Source: Perkinsus chesapeaki ATCC PRA-425 | Taxonomy: Eukaryota; Protista; Perkinsozoa | Reading direction: 5' to 3' | DNA length: 64,000 bases | Assembly (NCBI GenBank): GCA_013115145.1 | Contig: JAAPAO010000002.1 | Coordinates: forward strand, 186,001-250,000 | In this document: positions 11,675 to 25,630 of the stretch, piece after piece | Layout of the letters: every line of letters begins with the position of its first letter | How positions within the stretch are numbered: the first letter of the stretch is position 1 | Position numbers and translations under genes: made by a program | The notes under the pieces: generated by a model | Told to the model about the DNA's origin: nothing | What the model saw: only the letters and a program-made list of their open reading frames with translations | The model's database searches: none

Positions 11675-13220
11675 CTAGGGGAAGTGCCTGCTATATAGCA
11701 CTGGCTTCCATTCTGAGACCGACTCGATCCTCCTCGGTGGGCTCCAGCCATCCATTCTGCGAGAGTCTCGAGATTGCTCACGGTTACGGTACAACATGGG
11801 CTTCCAAGCTTTCAGCCGGTGTGGTTTCGCTATACCACTGTCAGGCAGCCGACCATGCGACCGTTCGACAAGCCGGACAGTCCTGTCGATCCGAGCGATC
11901 ATTGTATCCATCTTCGCCAGCAGAACATCGGGAGATCTTTCGCAATGACCGCGGAATCCGCATTTGGACACTTTCCTGATTCAAGAGGCGCGGGCCTACA
12001 AGCTGGGTTCAAAGTACTCGTTCCGGTTACCTGGGAGCTAACTCCTTCGTGTCCGGGAAAACAACATCGAGCATCTCTAGTTGATGACAGTTGGTGATCT
12101 CAGGTGCAGTAGAAATGGAGCACACCTAAGCACGCAGGCCGCAGCTGCATTTTTGGAGGGCGCCAAACTACCTCGTATTGTTCAACACTGTCGTTAAGTA
12201 GCGGCTCCTTCAGATCCATGGGTCCTGTGATTGGTGGACCCGAGTTCAGGATAGCCAATACTTCTGCAACAACGAACGGCTTTCCGCAGGAGCTCGCCTT
12301 CTACACGAGGCCTTACCCCGTTCTGCCCTGTGCCTTTCCGTAACATTCAAGGTAGGCTTCAAGTCCGTCACCACTTTCAGTATTCGGACAAGCTGCTCCT
12401 CTCGTACTCGTTGCGTTTCTCTGTCAAACAAAGTAGAAATGAATATGGGGTGTTGAAGCTCTATAGTACCGTGCTGTAGATAAAAGATGTTCAAGCTTTG
12501 TAACCTTATCAGCGAGCCTACAGTATTCTACGTAATTGTCGTCAACCTAATGGATACCCATTAGTTCATTGCATGTAGGAGATATACTGACTTCAGGGAT
12601 AAGCTGCCTACATCCATGCCTTAGTTTACTTTCTTCGAGCTTCTGCAGGAGCATTTCGTTTCGTATCCGCAACCTGACAGATGCTGTTGGTTAGTAGATG
12701 CCAAATTTAAGGGGCATCGGAGGGTGCTCAGGAGTCATGATGGGGAGCCGTACTGTAATCGAACCCGCTATCCCTATATAGTGTATTGGGAATTGCAATG
12801 TCACTGCAAGGAACTGCAGGCAGACGACACAGGCTGCCCTGAACTGGCAGCTGGCTTACTCGCCATTGTAGCGCTGCAGTGCCATGCACTCTCTCATTAT
12901 TTCATCACTGTCCATGCAGTACTCCTCTTCTGAACAGTCACTGCCAAACTTGGGTGTTGAAACCAGTCGTTTCAATTTCGCATCTGTCATCATCGAAAAT
13001 CCTTTCCGGGTCAACGGGCCGGAACAAGGAACACGTGGAAATAACGGGGATACTTTTGCCACAAAACATTTCTTACAGCCCTCTGGGAAAAGGTTCTCAA
13101 ATCTGTTACCCCTCTTACCGTTACGTTGGTCACAGAATAGGCCAGCACGCAAATCTTGAGAAGCAGCGTTAAGTAATTGCAAGACCTCTAAGTCGCTCAA
13201 GATTCATCAGTCTTCTTCAT
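11675..13220 (-). CDS. Hypothetical protein (multi-exon)
   Basis: Coding-like segments MKKTDESLSDLEVLQLL...MALQRYNG, IELQHPIFISTLFDRETQRVREEQLVRILKVV and DTMIARIDRTVRLVERSHG...RHFP*. No family recognised. Confidence 0.5.
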
Positions 13221-13248
13221 CGAATTGTACCGTCGACGTGCTTTTACA

Positions 13249-14046
13249 ATGGCTCTTCGAGGCGCTGCCTTACTTCGCCGTTCCAGATATCTTATGGAGC
13301 AGGTGAGCGTCTGTGCGCTTCGGGTATAGGTGTATCACCCTCTATCATAGTCTTTGGCTATTTTCGGCCTTTGGAGTCGCTTCGATCAGGTCCCTGATGT
13401 CTTTGCGACATTCGGGTGGGAGAGGCGTTTAACCGTTATCCACCACCCTGGTGTGATGGCTATCTCTAAGCTCCTAGATCAAAGAACCATCGTTAGACCA
13501 AGAGCGACCTTCAACCAGGTATGCCCCGGCAATGGTGTTCTTCAGTAACTACTGTACATCAGGAGCTCGTGGAAGAAATCGGAGATTATGATGAGGACCT
13601 CCAGAGGAAGGCTCAGGTGGGCGCTTCAGGTTAGAACGTCTTTTCACTCTTTTCTTTGAATAGGTTGCTCTTGACCACGGGCTGGCGATAGAGTGGCGCG
13701 TGCTCGATTTCATCGATGATGAGCTGCCTCGCCTTCTTGCCGAGAAAAAAGAGATTGAGAAGGCCCGAGAACAGGTACCCAAAGAGGCTAACTTCTGCTT
13801 TCATCTCTGCTTGCTGGACAGGTCATGAGCAAGGCACCCGGCGATTACACTCAACCCGTCTTCGACTCTACTGTGGTCGTCCCGACCCCGGCGAATCTTG
13901 GCCGTAACTACCCGACACTCAACGTGCCTGATGGAGATCCGACCGAGACCGCCCCTTTGAACGTCGGTGAGCAAGGCAAACCAGAGGTACACCCGTTAGC
14001 TCGATATTCAACACGTCAATTGCTTGATTCTCAGGTTACAGCATAA
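13249..14046 (+). CDS. Probable mitochondrion-targeted protein of unknown function (about 190 aa, multi-exon)
   Basis: Arg-rich presequence-like MALRGAALLRRSRYLMEQ, followed by clean GT-AG exons VPDVFATFGWERRLTVIHHPG...RATFNQ|ELVEEIGDYDEDLQRKAQ|VALDHGLAIEWRVLDF...|VMSKAPGDYTQP...QVTA*. Confidence 0.7.
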
Positions 14047-14349
14047 AGATGAACACTTTTCACATTTGATATCCCAATCGTACAGGCCGTGCCTATATGG
14101 CTAGGCCAATATAAGATGAAGGTTCAGTAGAATTTTGACAGTGGCGCTGGATGGACTTTTGCCTTATTTGTTAATAAATCGCAGAGTTGCGTTGGGGAGT
14201 AGTATCAAATATCCAGAAGCATAAGGCCAGTCGATTACCCTCCGTTCAGAAAGGATAGGAAAGTACGCTTCGGCGGTTGTCTAGTCGACCCAGTAGGCTA
14301 CGCGCGAGCGTTATTGGGAATCGGGATGCGCTGACAGTTTGAGTTTTAA

Positions 14350-16522
14350 ATGAGTTTGAGTTTGCAGCGGAGCAAGCGTCAGTCGAATGTGTCCTCCAGC
14401 TCGCAGTCACCCACACCAGGATCAGCTCAGCGTCGAGGAGGGAGTTCTGGCGGTCTCTTTAGCAGACTGGGGAACTACTTGACCGGTGGGGCTAGCAGCC
14501 ACCATTTAGCAGCGGAAGCCACTGCCAGTCGGCCCGCCAAGATGCTGACCCGCTCGGGCACGGGCTCGCTGGTAAGTGATATTGGTGTGCTCTTGAAAAC
14601 TGCTATTGCTCAGGCGTTCCCATCAGACTCTGAGATGGGCAGCAAATTGCCGTCTGCTGGAAGCAATCCGGTCAGGGTAGTACTCGGGGGTTATGAGGGC
14701 GAAAGCCATGGGAGTTTGATGCAGATATCGAAACTACGGCGTTTGATGGATAGCGACCAGGTGGATCTGGATGAGCTCAAGAAGCTCCTGTGGTCGGGCT
14801 GCCCCTTTGACTCTGATTTTGATGTACTATACAGGACATTACTGCGCATCTTGTTTCCGGGGTATGTTTTGTACCCTTCAAAAGGTACGAGTGAAAGCGT
14901 GGAAACTAGCATTAGGATATTTGCCGCCCAGGAAAGACCGGCAGAAAAGTACAATAGAACGCAAAAGGCGAGAGTATAAGGTACAGCGGAGGAGCTACGC
15001 ATATGCCCTGTGGATCTCCAATACTTAGACTTTAACAAAAGAGTTTGCTGACATGTTTTCATTGTCTACGGATGACATGCAACCTGCCTCGGCGACTGCG
15101 GCACAGCAACAGCAGTACGCATCTTTGCGGCAAATACGGGTAATGTAGGCCGAGCAGGCAGGTTAGTAGAGACCCTTGGCGCTGGATAGGCTAGCTCTCG
15201 CGAGTCACGTGGTTGGAGAATTCGTTTTCAGGTGGATATACCTCGAACGTTCTCAGAGCTGGACATTTTCTCATCTGAGCGGATACAGAAGATGATGGAA
15301 CGCATATTATATATCTGGGCAGTTCGGAACCCGGCATCTGGCTACGTACAGGTAGCTCTTCGAGGCTCTCCTTTACTCTTGATGCTACTCTGATCGATGT
15401 TACATAAGCACTAGTCGTAGTTATATTCGCAGTACCTGTAGGCTTTGCGAATCACTTGACGCGTGTGAGCGTATGTTTTGTATTTTTTCAGGGTATCAAT
15501 GATTTGCTCACGCCGTTCGTCGTGATACTACTCCAAGCCAAGGTCGGGATGCCAATAAAAGATATAGAAGTTGATGATGAGAAAATACTGAGCGACGCTG
15601 ACCTCGCGGAGGTTGAGTCGGACGCGTACTGGATGCTCTCACGGGTATCTGCTGAGGCTCCATGACGGAAGGTCACAGTTCGGCGCTGTTAGGTACTATC
15701 GGACATACAAGATCACTACACCTTTGGGCAGCCGGGTATACAGCGTTTGATTTTGCGGTTGAAGGACATTGTCAAACGCGTTGACGAGAAGTTAGCCCAC
15801 CACTTGGAGGATGAGATGGTAGTGCCATCATTCCAAGGGCTCCCCGGACAGGTTTCCCTTTTTAGATTGACTACTTACAAATAGCGTTCCGATGGTTCAA
15901 CTGCTTGATGCTTCGAGAGCTGCCGTTACAATGTGAGAGAGGATCCTCCTAAGCAACAACCTTTCCTGTTATGACTTCGCTAACCCGAGCACATTTACTG
16001 TGAAAAATTCTTTGAATTCAAAAGATTTAAATTGGGCATGACAAAATCATATTTCCACGAAGTGGTTTATTTTTGTAATTGGGGTCTTTTTTCACCGTTT
16101 GACCTGAAACTTGTTGACTTGGTATGTTAGCAATATTCGGAAGAGGATGATTATTTCTTAAGTGTCTACTAGACTACTGCCGCTCTCCACGTTACTGTAG
16201 GCACTCTGCGGCTGTGGGACACATGCATAGCTGAAAATGATGGGTTTTCAACTTACATGGTTTACATATGCGCAGCCTTCCTAGTCCATTGGGGACCGCA
16301 GCTGGAGCAGATGGATTTCTCAGAGATCATGCTATTCGTAGGGCATGCTTAGTGCGCCGAAGATACACTTTTCTCTATTTCCAGTTCCAAAAGGCGCCGA
16401 CTTCGCGATGGACAGAAGCCGACATTGAGACGCTGCTGGCTGAAGCTTTCGTTCTGAAGTCGTTGTTCGATAATGCACCAAGTCATCTCCAAAATCAGGA
16501 CTCCACGATTAATCCTGTATAA
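14350..16522 (+). CDS. TBC1D22: TBC-domain Rab GTPase-activating protein (TBC1D22/Gyp1 type)
   Basis: LLWSGCP...AWKLALGYLP, VDIPRT (Arg finger), NPASGYVQGINDL (Gln finger), AFRWFNCLMLREL, LRLWDT. Confidence 0.92.
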
Positions 16523-16743
16523 TAGATGCATTTCATCGACAGTTCAAGTTAGTAGCTTGAAGTAGTTACCATTGTGTTTGAGGGACTACCGCAGTCGTGG
16601 TTATTATGACCTTCTCGATAGTCCATATCACTGTTATATACTTTAACCATTCATTCCGTTACGGAGCTCCGTTCTTTAGTAGTCAATTCGGCCACGAGGT
16701 ATTCCAGGAGTACAAGAGTAACCTGTTCCTGAGGGGGTGATAG

Positions 16744-19700
16744 ATGAGCATGCTATTGGCTGATCTGTTTTGGGTGCGACTGAAAAATGCCCCCTACACC
16801 GCCGAGAAGTGCCAGTCGGACAGGCTGGTCCGTGTCGGTTGCTCCTTCAAGGTCCTTTGGAGAGGGTACGAACTGTACTGTTCAAATCCGAGGCTGTACT
16901 TGCATAACTTTTTTCAGAATCTGCTAATGAGGATTTCGGACTTGTAGACGCTTTCACGGGACTAGACGATACTGACACGCTCGCCTCCGAAACCGCAGCC
17001 GTAACATAATAATGCCTCTTACTTGCTTGCTATCAAGAGTTTAAAGTTTCAGGGTGATGCTATGGTCCGTCGGAGACTCCGAGTGAGAACAACAAGCATT
17101 CCTGGTGGTCGGGTACTACCATTTATCACTTGAAACTCCGGCACACTTACAAATATAGATTGACGTATCCGCTTTAAGACAACCACAAGGGGATCGCGCG
17201 AGTCTAGGCCAGGCTGCCACTTTGAATGGTAGCACAATGCGGTACGCCAATAGCAGTATGTTACTGGTAAACCCATTATTGCCTTCGCTGGACAGAGCAG
17301 ACTCCCTCAGGCACGCAGTAATGTCCTGCAAGTAGAAGTCTATGGGGGTCAGTGGGTAACGAATGAGTGATCTACAGATGCAGATACTTCTGTCAGAATA
17401 TTCCTCTCCCTTCTGCTAGCGCAGTGGTGCAGTTCGTGGTCGTCGCGGTCTGCATCACCTCACAGTTTATTCTCTTCGATGACAGTGTGTACGGACAGCT
17501 CGCAGTGTGGTATTCATGATTGTCCGCAGTTACCAGCTGCTTATGCTAGCCGTGTGTTTGGGCGTCCAGGCTGTGATGCTCTTCTTCTTACACAGTGTTC
17601 TCCACTTGCGACAACAAGCTGCTGCCAGGTGCTCATCTGTGGATGCTCACAATCCATCTTATACTGGGGTTGTTAAGATACTCGACTCTGCACGGTATCG
17701 GAAAAGAGCAGGAACATTTTGGACGACCAAAAAGTAAAGTTATTAGTAGAGCTCTGCACGCCGTATGTTTCAGTTCGTGGCCAAAAAGCCTCTTCGCGAC
17801 GATACTACGTAAGCTCAGTCGGCAAATAGTGTGATTTGCTCTCTGTAATTGTCAGGACCCTCCGCGCTCGAGATCCCAGCAGTGGAATCCCTTCTTTGAG
17901 GGGCATGGTCCGCCCTTCTCGGCAGTCTGTATTATTACAATTGCTTGATTCTTAGCTGACTCTTTCCGAACACTTGGTGGTAGCAACTGGCGAGGTATTT
18001 GGTCCGAGTTTATGTCCCTTGTTACTTCTGGGAATTTGATAGAGATACTGAGTGTACTGGACCACACGTGTACCTCTCTAAGAATCCCCTGCTGGTTCTC
18101 AGGCGTTGGTAGAGTCTAAGGCCTTCCTGTTACAGCGGCTTCTCATTACAGTGTGCTGGTGCGCTCTTTACGTGCAGTTCACGAAGTATCTTTATAGGGA
18201 TGAGGTGCCTCCTGCTACCATTATACTCCATATCCACCTTGTTTTGCTGCAGGTATGTGATCGCGATAGTTATGAGACCACCTTTATTCATGACTTAATA
18301 GGCTACGAATGGAGATGCAAGTGGCTGACAGACAAGGTAGCGGAGTCGTCTTGCTTGAGTAGGTCTATTGCAGATACCAGCTTGGCATACACCCGTCGAG
18401 AGGGTTTTCTTATGGATTGTCAACATGGACTTCTGCTTATCACTGATTACTGCCAGGGAGAAGATCAAATGGATGAAGGTTTGTTGTTTTACTTCGAAGG
18501 ATTTCGGAGGTCATCTTGTAGCGCCTTTCCACGGTTCTGGACATTTTCACCATGCCCCCATTCATGCTTTTAGTGCAGTGGGGTCTCGCGATCAACCCTG
18601 AGGATTATCTATCACTGTGAGCTCCTCATCTAGCTCTACTCCAACGTTTTCGAGAATAATGACAGGTATGGCTACATGAGGTTTATGCGTCTCTATGGAC
18701 TCCACCGCACTCTGGCAAGAATAGCAACTTCAACCTCCAAGATTACTCTCAAGATCGTCTCGATCTCCCTCGGCGTGCTAGGCATTATTTTCACCTTCTC
18801 TGGTGCTATGTTCAATGAAGAAGCCCCAGCTGGAGTCAAAGGATCGGAGTTCGACTCGTACCTCCACATGAGCCTCTCTTATCCCAGCAATGTGGTTCAG
18901 ATTCGCAGACTATGTATACTTCTTCGTCGTCACGCTGTCCACTGTCGGCTACGGTGATTTCGCCCCAGGTAAGGTGCCGCCAGTAGCCATTGGTCGACAG
19001 CAGGCTTGCCGAATGCGTGACCCACCAGTGTGCAATCCTTAGTAACTGGTTTTGGCCGTCTACTATGTATTAATGCAATCGGTATAGTGGTTATATTTAT
19101 TCCTGCCCAAATTCGTGAACTAGGATACCTAATACGTCAGCCTCGAGGACAGATAGGTAATCCAGATAGCGCTTCCGGAAATCCGAACCGTGGGGCAGGC
19201 TGTCTACCGTAGGTGTTATCCCATCGCGGAAGACCCTGGGTGTCGACGGCAAGTTCGTGCTTGTACTAGCCGGAGGGCTTTCTGCTGACGAGCTGGACAC
19301 GTTTATTTGGGAGCTTGCGCATGGCCGTAGGCGGAGCGCTCTCTTTCTCTCGCGAGACCCAGATGGCAATGATTGACCGGCCAGATACGCTTTATTGTCA
19401 TCACGTCGTAGTTTATACAACAACACCTGTTAAGGAATTTGAAGAGGTCGTCCTGGATTCCTTGTCAAAGTTTGGTAGCTCTCCACTTTACGACACTCAT
19501 TACCTCGGTCTCAGGAATACGCTTATGCATCAAGGCAGGGGACACTGCCAGCGGTGTATCGCAAGAGTTGTGCAAGCTTCGCTGGAATGCTGTTGGTGCA
19601 GTTTTCGTTCTAAGCGATCGCCGTTGTGGTAGAGAGGACTCCCAAGTCAGTCTGGCGACACAGTACGTCGCATATTGTGAGATACTGCTTTTAGAATGCG

Positions 19701-22700
19701 ACCCCTCCAACTGCCGAAAAGGTCGCGGAAGATTATCGAAGCGTTGTGAGATGTCTACATGCTCGGAAGTTCTGGAATCAAATGTTCGCCCTTTCTTGTC
19801 ATCTCTTAACAGCGAGTAGGATTGCATCCTTCTGCTCTTGCAATGTAGCGGGGTATTACTGAGGACAATTTTCAGCCGCATCTAGGCAAATCCTAGATAT
19901 GGGAGCCGAGCAGGTGACCAGTAGGCACGATCTCATGCTGAAAATAATGGCTAAGAACTGTTGTGGATGCCCTGGGTGAGGCAAACATTTCCCGACTAAG
20001 TGTCAATGGATTTTCAGGTTTACCACGCTGTTCTGCAACCTATTCAAGTCTCTTGCTCTCCCAGTAGGGGTGCCATCCCACAAGGTGCTAAGCGAACTAC
20101 CGTGGGTAGTTAAGTGGCAAAAGTCCGTAGCTATAAGCCGCTTGTTCATTCCTTTCCGGTGTAGTATTGTAGGACTCAGGTATGAGGCGGACATTCGAGC
20201 CAATGTTCCAGGCAAACCCCTCCGGTCACCATTGTTCCCAGGCTTCAAAGAGTGAGTTCACTTGCAGTATACTGTGCTACAAACGAAACTCGAGGTATCT
20301 CCACGGTGCATTCATGTGTGTTTATCGCATAAATTGCCCGCCGTTTGTGGTCATGGCTATGCAGTCCTATAAGTACGAGGAGCTGGTTCTGCTTATGGCC
20401 GAGTTTTCACGGGTTTGTGTGCTCGGGATTGACCGGATGAACTCCGGAGGTTATTCCCAGAACTCCGCTCTGCAGTTACCAGTCTCCGTTTAGGGCAAAT
20501 GTTACTTAATCCTCTTGGCTATGAACCAAGGACCACTGATGGACTGATCATTCTCACATCAAGCGCGAAGAAGGCGATTGAGATCCAGGCGTGGGGTGAG
20601 CATAGAGGCCATCTGCTCAGCCATAAACCTCAAATACAAACATAATACTGGATTTAGAAAGTCCTCCTTGGAGCGAGTTAGATCGAGACCGAATTAGACT
20701 ATTCCTACCGGCTTTCGCTCGTCGGCAACAGACAGGCGATAACGTGACAGGGTAGCTCTTCTCCTCGCTCTCTACTCAAAAGGGTGTATGGCTACTTTCA
20801 GCGGGTCGGGCAGCCGAATATTGCGCAACAGCACCCTTGAATCTGATGAAGTAAGTGATTAGTGTACTAGAAGGGTAGAATTCCGTTTGTTATCAGGCTC
20901 GCTCACGATCTCCGGAGAGGCATCATTCGGACACGGCTAGCCTTCGTAAGCGTGCGGTGGGGGTTCTCGGTATGCATCCCTCAGGTGGGAACCGAAACCT
21001 CGTACTCGAGACTGGTAGAGATGGCCCTATTCGATTCCCGTAAGCATACTGGAACATCGTGTTCCATCCTGAATTGACATCTCTTAGGATCCCAGGGGTA
21101 CCTGAAAGCGTCTCTGAAGCCTCAGAGGCAGAGACTGAAGGGAAAACAAGAAGACGATCGGTGAGAGGGTCGAGAGGCGTTCCAAAAATTTTCGCCTTCA
21201 TGCAGGCTAGCGCGGGAGCTGCAGTCACAAGGGATATGACAGAACGGCTCTCTGAAATGGGTGAACGAGATGACATGTCTTTACTGAGGAACTCCATGTT
21301 GCTGCAGGTCTTATGGATGACCATCCCGGCGCTTCTAGAGGCACCAACAAGATGAGGGGTATATTGAGCGATTTTTTGCCAAGTTTCCCGATCGTGTTGT
21401 AGGCCTTGTGAGGCAGAATACAGTCTTCACTACAGGCAGGAGAGCAATGAAGGCCGTCAGGTCGATTGGGAGCGTAAGTGATGCTTTTGACCAGTGTTCG
21501 AGTACGCATCAGATATTTGGTTCATCACCACACTCTACTTCGGGATCATCATCCAGACGACCCTCGCGACCAGACGGTGGGTGGAGTCGACATTGGCTAA
21601 GCGCAAGTCAGCTCGATTTTCTCAGGTGGTATATCGCCCTCTAGAGCCTTCCGAAGTGAGTTCCGCGTACTAGGCGGGAGCAGCAACCTTTCAGGCTCTA
21701 TCGTTAAGCAGTCGCGGGACGGTCAATCTACGGGCCCATTCCCCTCCCGAGCGTCCATTGACAGAAGTTCTGGTGGAGGGGATCGTGCGGGGGATAGCGA
21801 CCCTAGAAGAAGTGTAATTTCGCTTGCGTTTATTACGAGGATTCGATACCGTATTTCAGTTCGTTATGGGCGCCACCAGACTGAGATTGCAGCCTACCGC
21901 GAAGGTTGACGAATCACGTATTATTTTCGATGACTTCCTTTTGGCATTTCCCGAGCTGTCCGACTCGCCGGAGTTCCGAGCAGGAAAAAGTCGAGAGTAC
22001 GCATTACAGATGACCAGCATCTACCTGAACTATCCCTGCTCAGTCCCTGGCGGAACACGTCTGAGGCTTCTAACCCTTCAGTATTGCCTACGAAAAGGCC
22101 GAGCTTTGTCGTTGTAGTCGGTTGGCCCAGCGGCCTGCCATCGTTCCTAAGAATACTCTTCAGTAACTTGAGCCCGTATCCTACATGATGCTGAATTCGC
22201 TTTAGATAGCAAAAAGGGTTCCAACCTGAGATGTGTGGTTTTATCTCCGACGCCGGGCGGAGGAGCTACAGGAGAGATTTACGAATTCGCGGGAAAAGTT
22301 GCCTGGGTGAAGCGCAGCATAAGCATCAACACTGTCAAGCGGAGTTTATTTAGGTTGTAGGCAGCCCCACGTCGCGCGAGGATCTCGCCCGTGCCGGCGT
22401 TGGAGCTGCTGATGTAGTCGTTGTTCTCACCAGCCTCTCGTGCTCGAATAATCGCCATGGTAGATGAAGCGGAGACTGCGTAAAAATGATATGGCAACGA
22501 GGTTATTTTGTCAGATTGCCCTTTGATGACAGATTCTAAAGGAGCCAGTATTGTCTTTGTGTAGGGGTCTTGTAGCCTCTATCTCAGGCACAAGCAAGTA
22601 CTCCACACCTCAAGACTTCATCTCAGTGCTCACTACACATGAAATAAGACACGTTAAAGACAAAGTGAAGTAGGGGAGCACTGTTCCAATATGGATCAGC

Positions 22701-23769
22701 AGCTCTTCTCGGACAGGAGCTCCGGGCGGTGTAGCTCCGAGAACTTGGATGCGAGTCTAGACGGCACGGCGAGGCGATGCTCGGTCGCGTCAATGTTCAG
22801 CGAAGACGGTACTGAGAAGGTTAGAGTTAGCCGCGTAAGAAGTTCCATGGCTCTGGCAATTTCGGCACGGCCTTCCATCTCAGTCGATAATAACATGCTT
22901 ACACGACGTCACATCTTTGCCATTCGTGGACAAGAGTACATGGTGGCCTTCCGACGGGGTCAAGTAATTTTTTGCATGCCGACCATTGCTACGATTTTCT
23001 TCAGGAGCAATCTTTTTCACCTGGACTCTCCCGAGTTTGCCATGGGAAACGTGGTTTCCGAATCCATTCTATTTCCAGCTATCTGCAGGTATCCTTGGCG
23101 GCATTTCCACGTTGTGTTATGCATATTCGGCAGGTCGCCAGTTCTTTCTGACATACTCGTCGACGCTGAAATCCTCGCGTCTCTTATGATCGACGGAGGT
23201 ATGGCAGTGTGAGCGAACCCATAAGCCCTTCATCAGGGAAGGATTTCTACGGCGACCAACCGAGCAGGGAAATCCAACCTTGCGTCGAGTTAGTCGAGAT
23301 CAGCGAAACCTGGATCAACGAGCGTCTTGTGAGCGAACGCCATCATTTGAGCGGAAGCCCAACTTTTCAGGAAGCATTCTTCGCCAAGAACAATATACCG
23401 CGCGAAACGCGCGAGCAAATCATTGCAACGAGCGACCCACTGCGAGCTGCAGGAGCGACCTTTGGTGACCTCCTGAAACACCTGGTTAGCGGCGGGTAAT
23501 CACGGCAATGCCGCATAGTATTATTGGTAGCATCAGATGCGTACCCCTCGGGTTATATCGGAATCAACCTCACGGCGCCAAGGATCTGCCGTTAGTGGGC
23601 GATCCAAATTCAGCGAGGTCTGTCAATCCAGAGTGAGTCTCGGCCTATTGACTACGTGGAACCGAGTTACTTCAGATCATACGTGTTCACATTCCCACCG
23701 ATGTCCACAATATTAAATTCGGATGATCGAGTGTTTATCATTACATGTCCATCCAAGTTTCATGAATAG
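16744..23769 (+). CDS. Large Slo/BK-type (RCK-domain) potassium channel; 5' end uncertain
   Basis: TM segments RLLITVCWCALYVQF, S4-like YMRFMRLYGLHR, pore VTLSTVGYGDFAP, RCK motifs AVFVLSDR and GSPTSREDLARAGVGAADVVVVL, LDSPEFAMGNVVSESIL, C-terminus YVFTFPPMSTILNSDDRVFII. Confidence 0.8.
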
Positions 23770-24266
23770 TTTGCCGTTGCTGAACTTATATATGAAGTGT
23801 CGTGAAAAGGATTGAGTGTTGTATTTAAGATAATGCAAGTGTTTCGTTCGTTCAGCACACAGCCGATAAGATCGGTTTCACCAAAAGTTAACTTATTGAC
23901 CTTGAACCCCGAAACCAAGCGTAGAAAGCCCCTTATGTGTAATGATGTGCATCTGCGCCTTATCTCTGTTTTATACGAACGTGTGTTACCGGATATGCTC
24001 ATCTTGCTACGATGAAACTCAAGTGGCGGAGTACTTCAATGAGAAACACTTGAATGAACAGTAATTTACATCATATCCAAAGTCGATTGGATAACTCCAG
24101 ATGTGTATCTACAAAACGGAGATTCACTAAGAGACGACTGCACTTTTTTCTACTCTTTTTCCTTTTCATCCTCCGGCGTGATGGCTAACTTCGCAAATTG
24201 CATGAGGGCCCGACCTTCGGGAGGGGCAAGCATATAGCGAGAAACATCGCACGTGAGGTGAAGTAG

Positions 24267-25505
24267 CTAAGATCCAGGTGTAATGTCAGACACTCCGGAA
24301 TAGTGGCTCACTAAACGCTGGTGTTGTCGAGCCGCTTCCTCTCTCTTCTCTGCCCATGCTTTGAACTCTTCCAATCTGCCAGACTGGTCAACATCGGGCT
24401 TCTCTAAAGGACCGTCGGCCGGTCCCAAACCACGCAGCTGAGTGTCGAATAGTTGCGCAGCGGCTTCATGGTTTGCCATGGCTTGTGGGGAGAACGAGCG
24501 AGACCCAGCCATCAGACGAGATATGTACCTGTATAGATATTCGCTTCTAGACTGCTATGCTCCACCCACTGATTACGTCTGCAGAACTGCGCCACTCTTG
24601 CCGAGCATGATTCGCGACGGGTAAGAACGGCCCAAGAGTTGATAATCTCTTGTGGGGGCGGGACAGGCATCGCCAAACGAAAGCGATGTGCGGCACATTT
24701 TGATGACTGCGGGCAAAGCGACATATACACTCCGTGAGTAGCAAAATATTCATATCACCTTGCTGGATTCGGTTGTAATGCTCCTTGCAAATTGGCAACC
24801 AGAACTTCTCACCTTCCGACTCGAGGATTTCGTGAATGAGCTCAGGCTTACACATAGCCATTCCAGAAGCTGAAGAGAACAAACGTGCGAGTGCATTGGA
24901 GACCTTGTCGATTGAGAACCGGTCAACTACAAAATCTTGCCACCTGAGGTGTTAGCCTCTCTCTCTTCCTCAGTTAATCCTTGATCGAAACCTTCACCAT
25001 CCATGGCTAGTTTAATAGCCTCTTGCCTTTCGGCTGATGAGAACCTAAGCGGAGATACCCCGAAACAGACCAAGGCTGAGCAAGCTAACGCCACTGAGAT
25101 AAACGCGTTCCGATGCCCCACAAGTTGCATGTCACAACTAGCAATCATTTCACCCCGCGCATTCCAGTGAAGCCCAGATATTACCGGTAGATAAGATACG
25201 CCCTCTCACTGGCTTGTTTGGCCATAAACTCCTCGACGCCCATATTGAGACGCTTAGCTTGGGGCTCTGCAAGCTTGGCAGCTCCCGTGATATCCCCTGA
25301 AGATTCGGTACCCCTCTGCATCCTATTTGTTCTCAATACCTTCCATCATCAGTTGGAAAAAGTTCTGCGCGGTTTCCATCTCTTCCTGAGTATAAAACCT
25401 CGGTGCTGAGGTGCTTAAGGTCCTAATACTGTTGCCGAGGGCCACAGCGGCTCTGCTAGGAATGCTAAGACCCACAGCTCGAGCTGACAGTGAGCTGACT
25501 GACAT
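24267..25505 (-). CDS. Hypothetical protein with a mitochondrial-type presequence (multi-exon)
   Basis: MSVSSLSARAVGLSIPSRAAVALGNSIRTLSTSAPRF presequence-like start; further exons WQDFVVDRFSIDKVSNALARLF...EHYNRIQQ and ...RLEEFKAWAEKREEAARQHQRL...*. Confidence 0.55.
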
Positions 25506-25630
25506 GCTGATGGCGAAGGGAAGCTGGACAGTACTGAGAAAACAGTCGAGCGCTGTGTGCTAACGCGGGGGCAGTTTAACACAATGACGCCTTTCGCAGA
25601 AACAATACTCATGAAATCCTCATAAATTGT

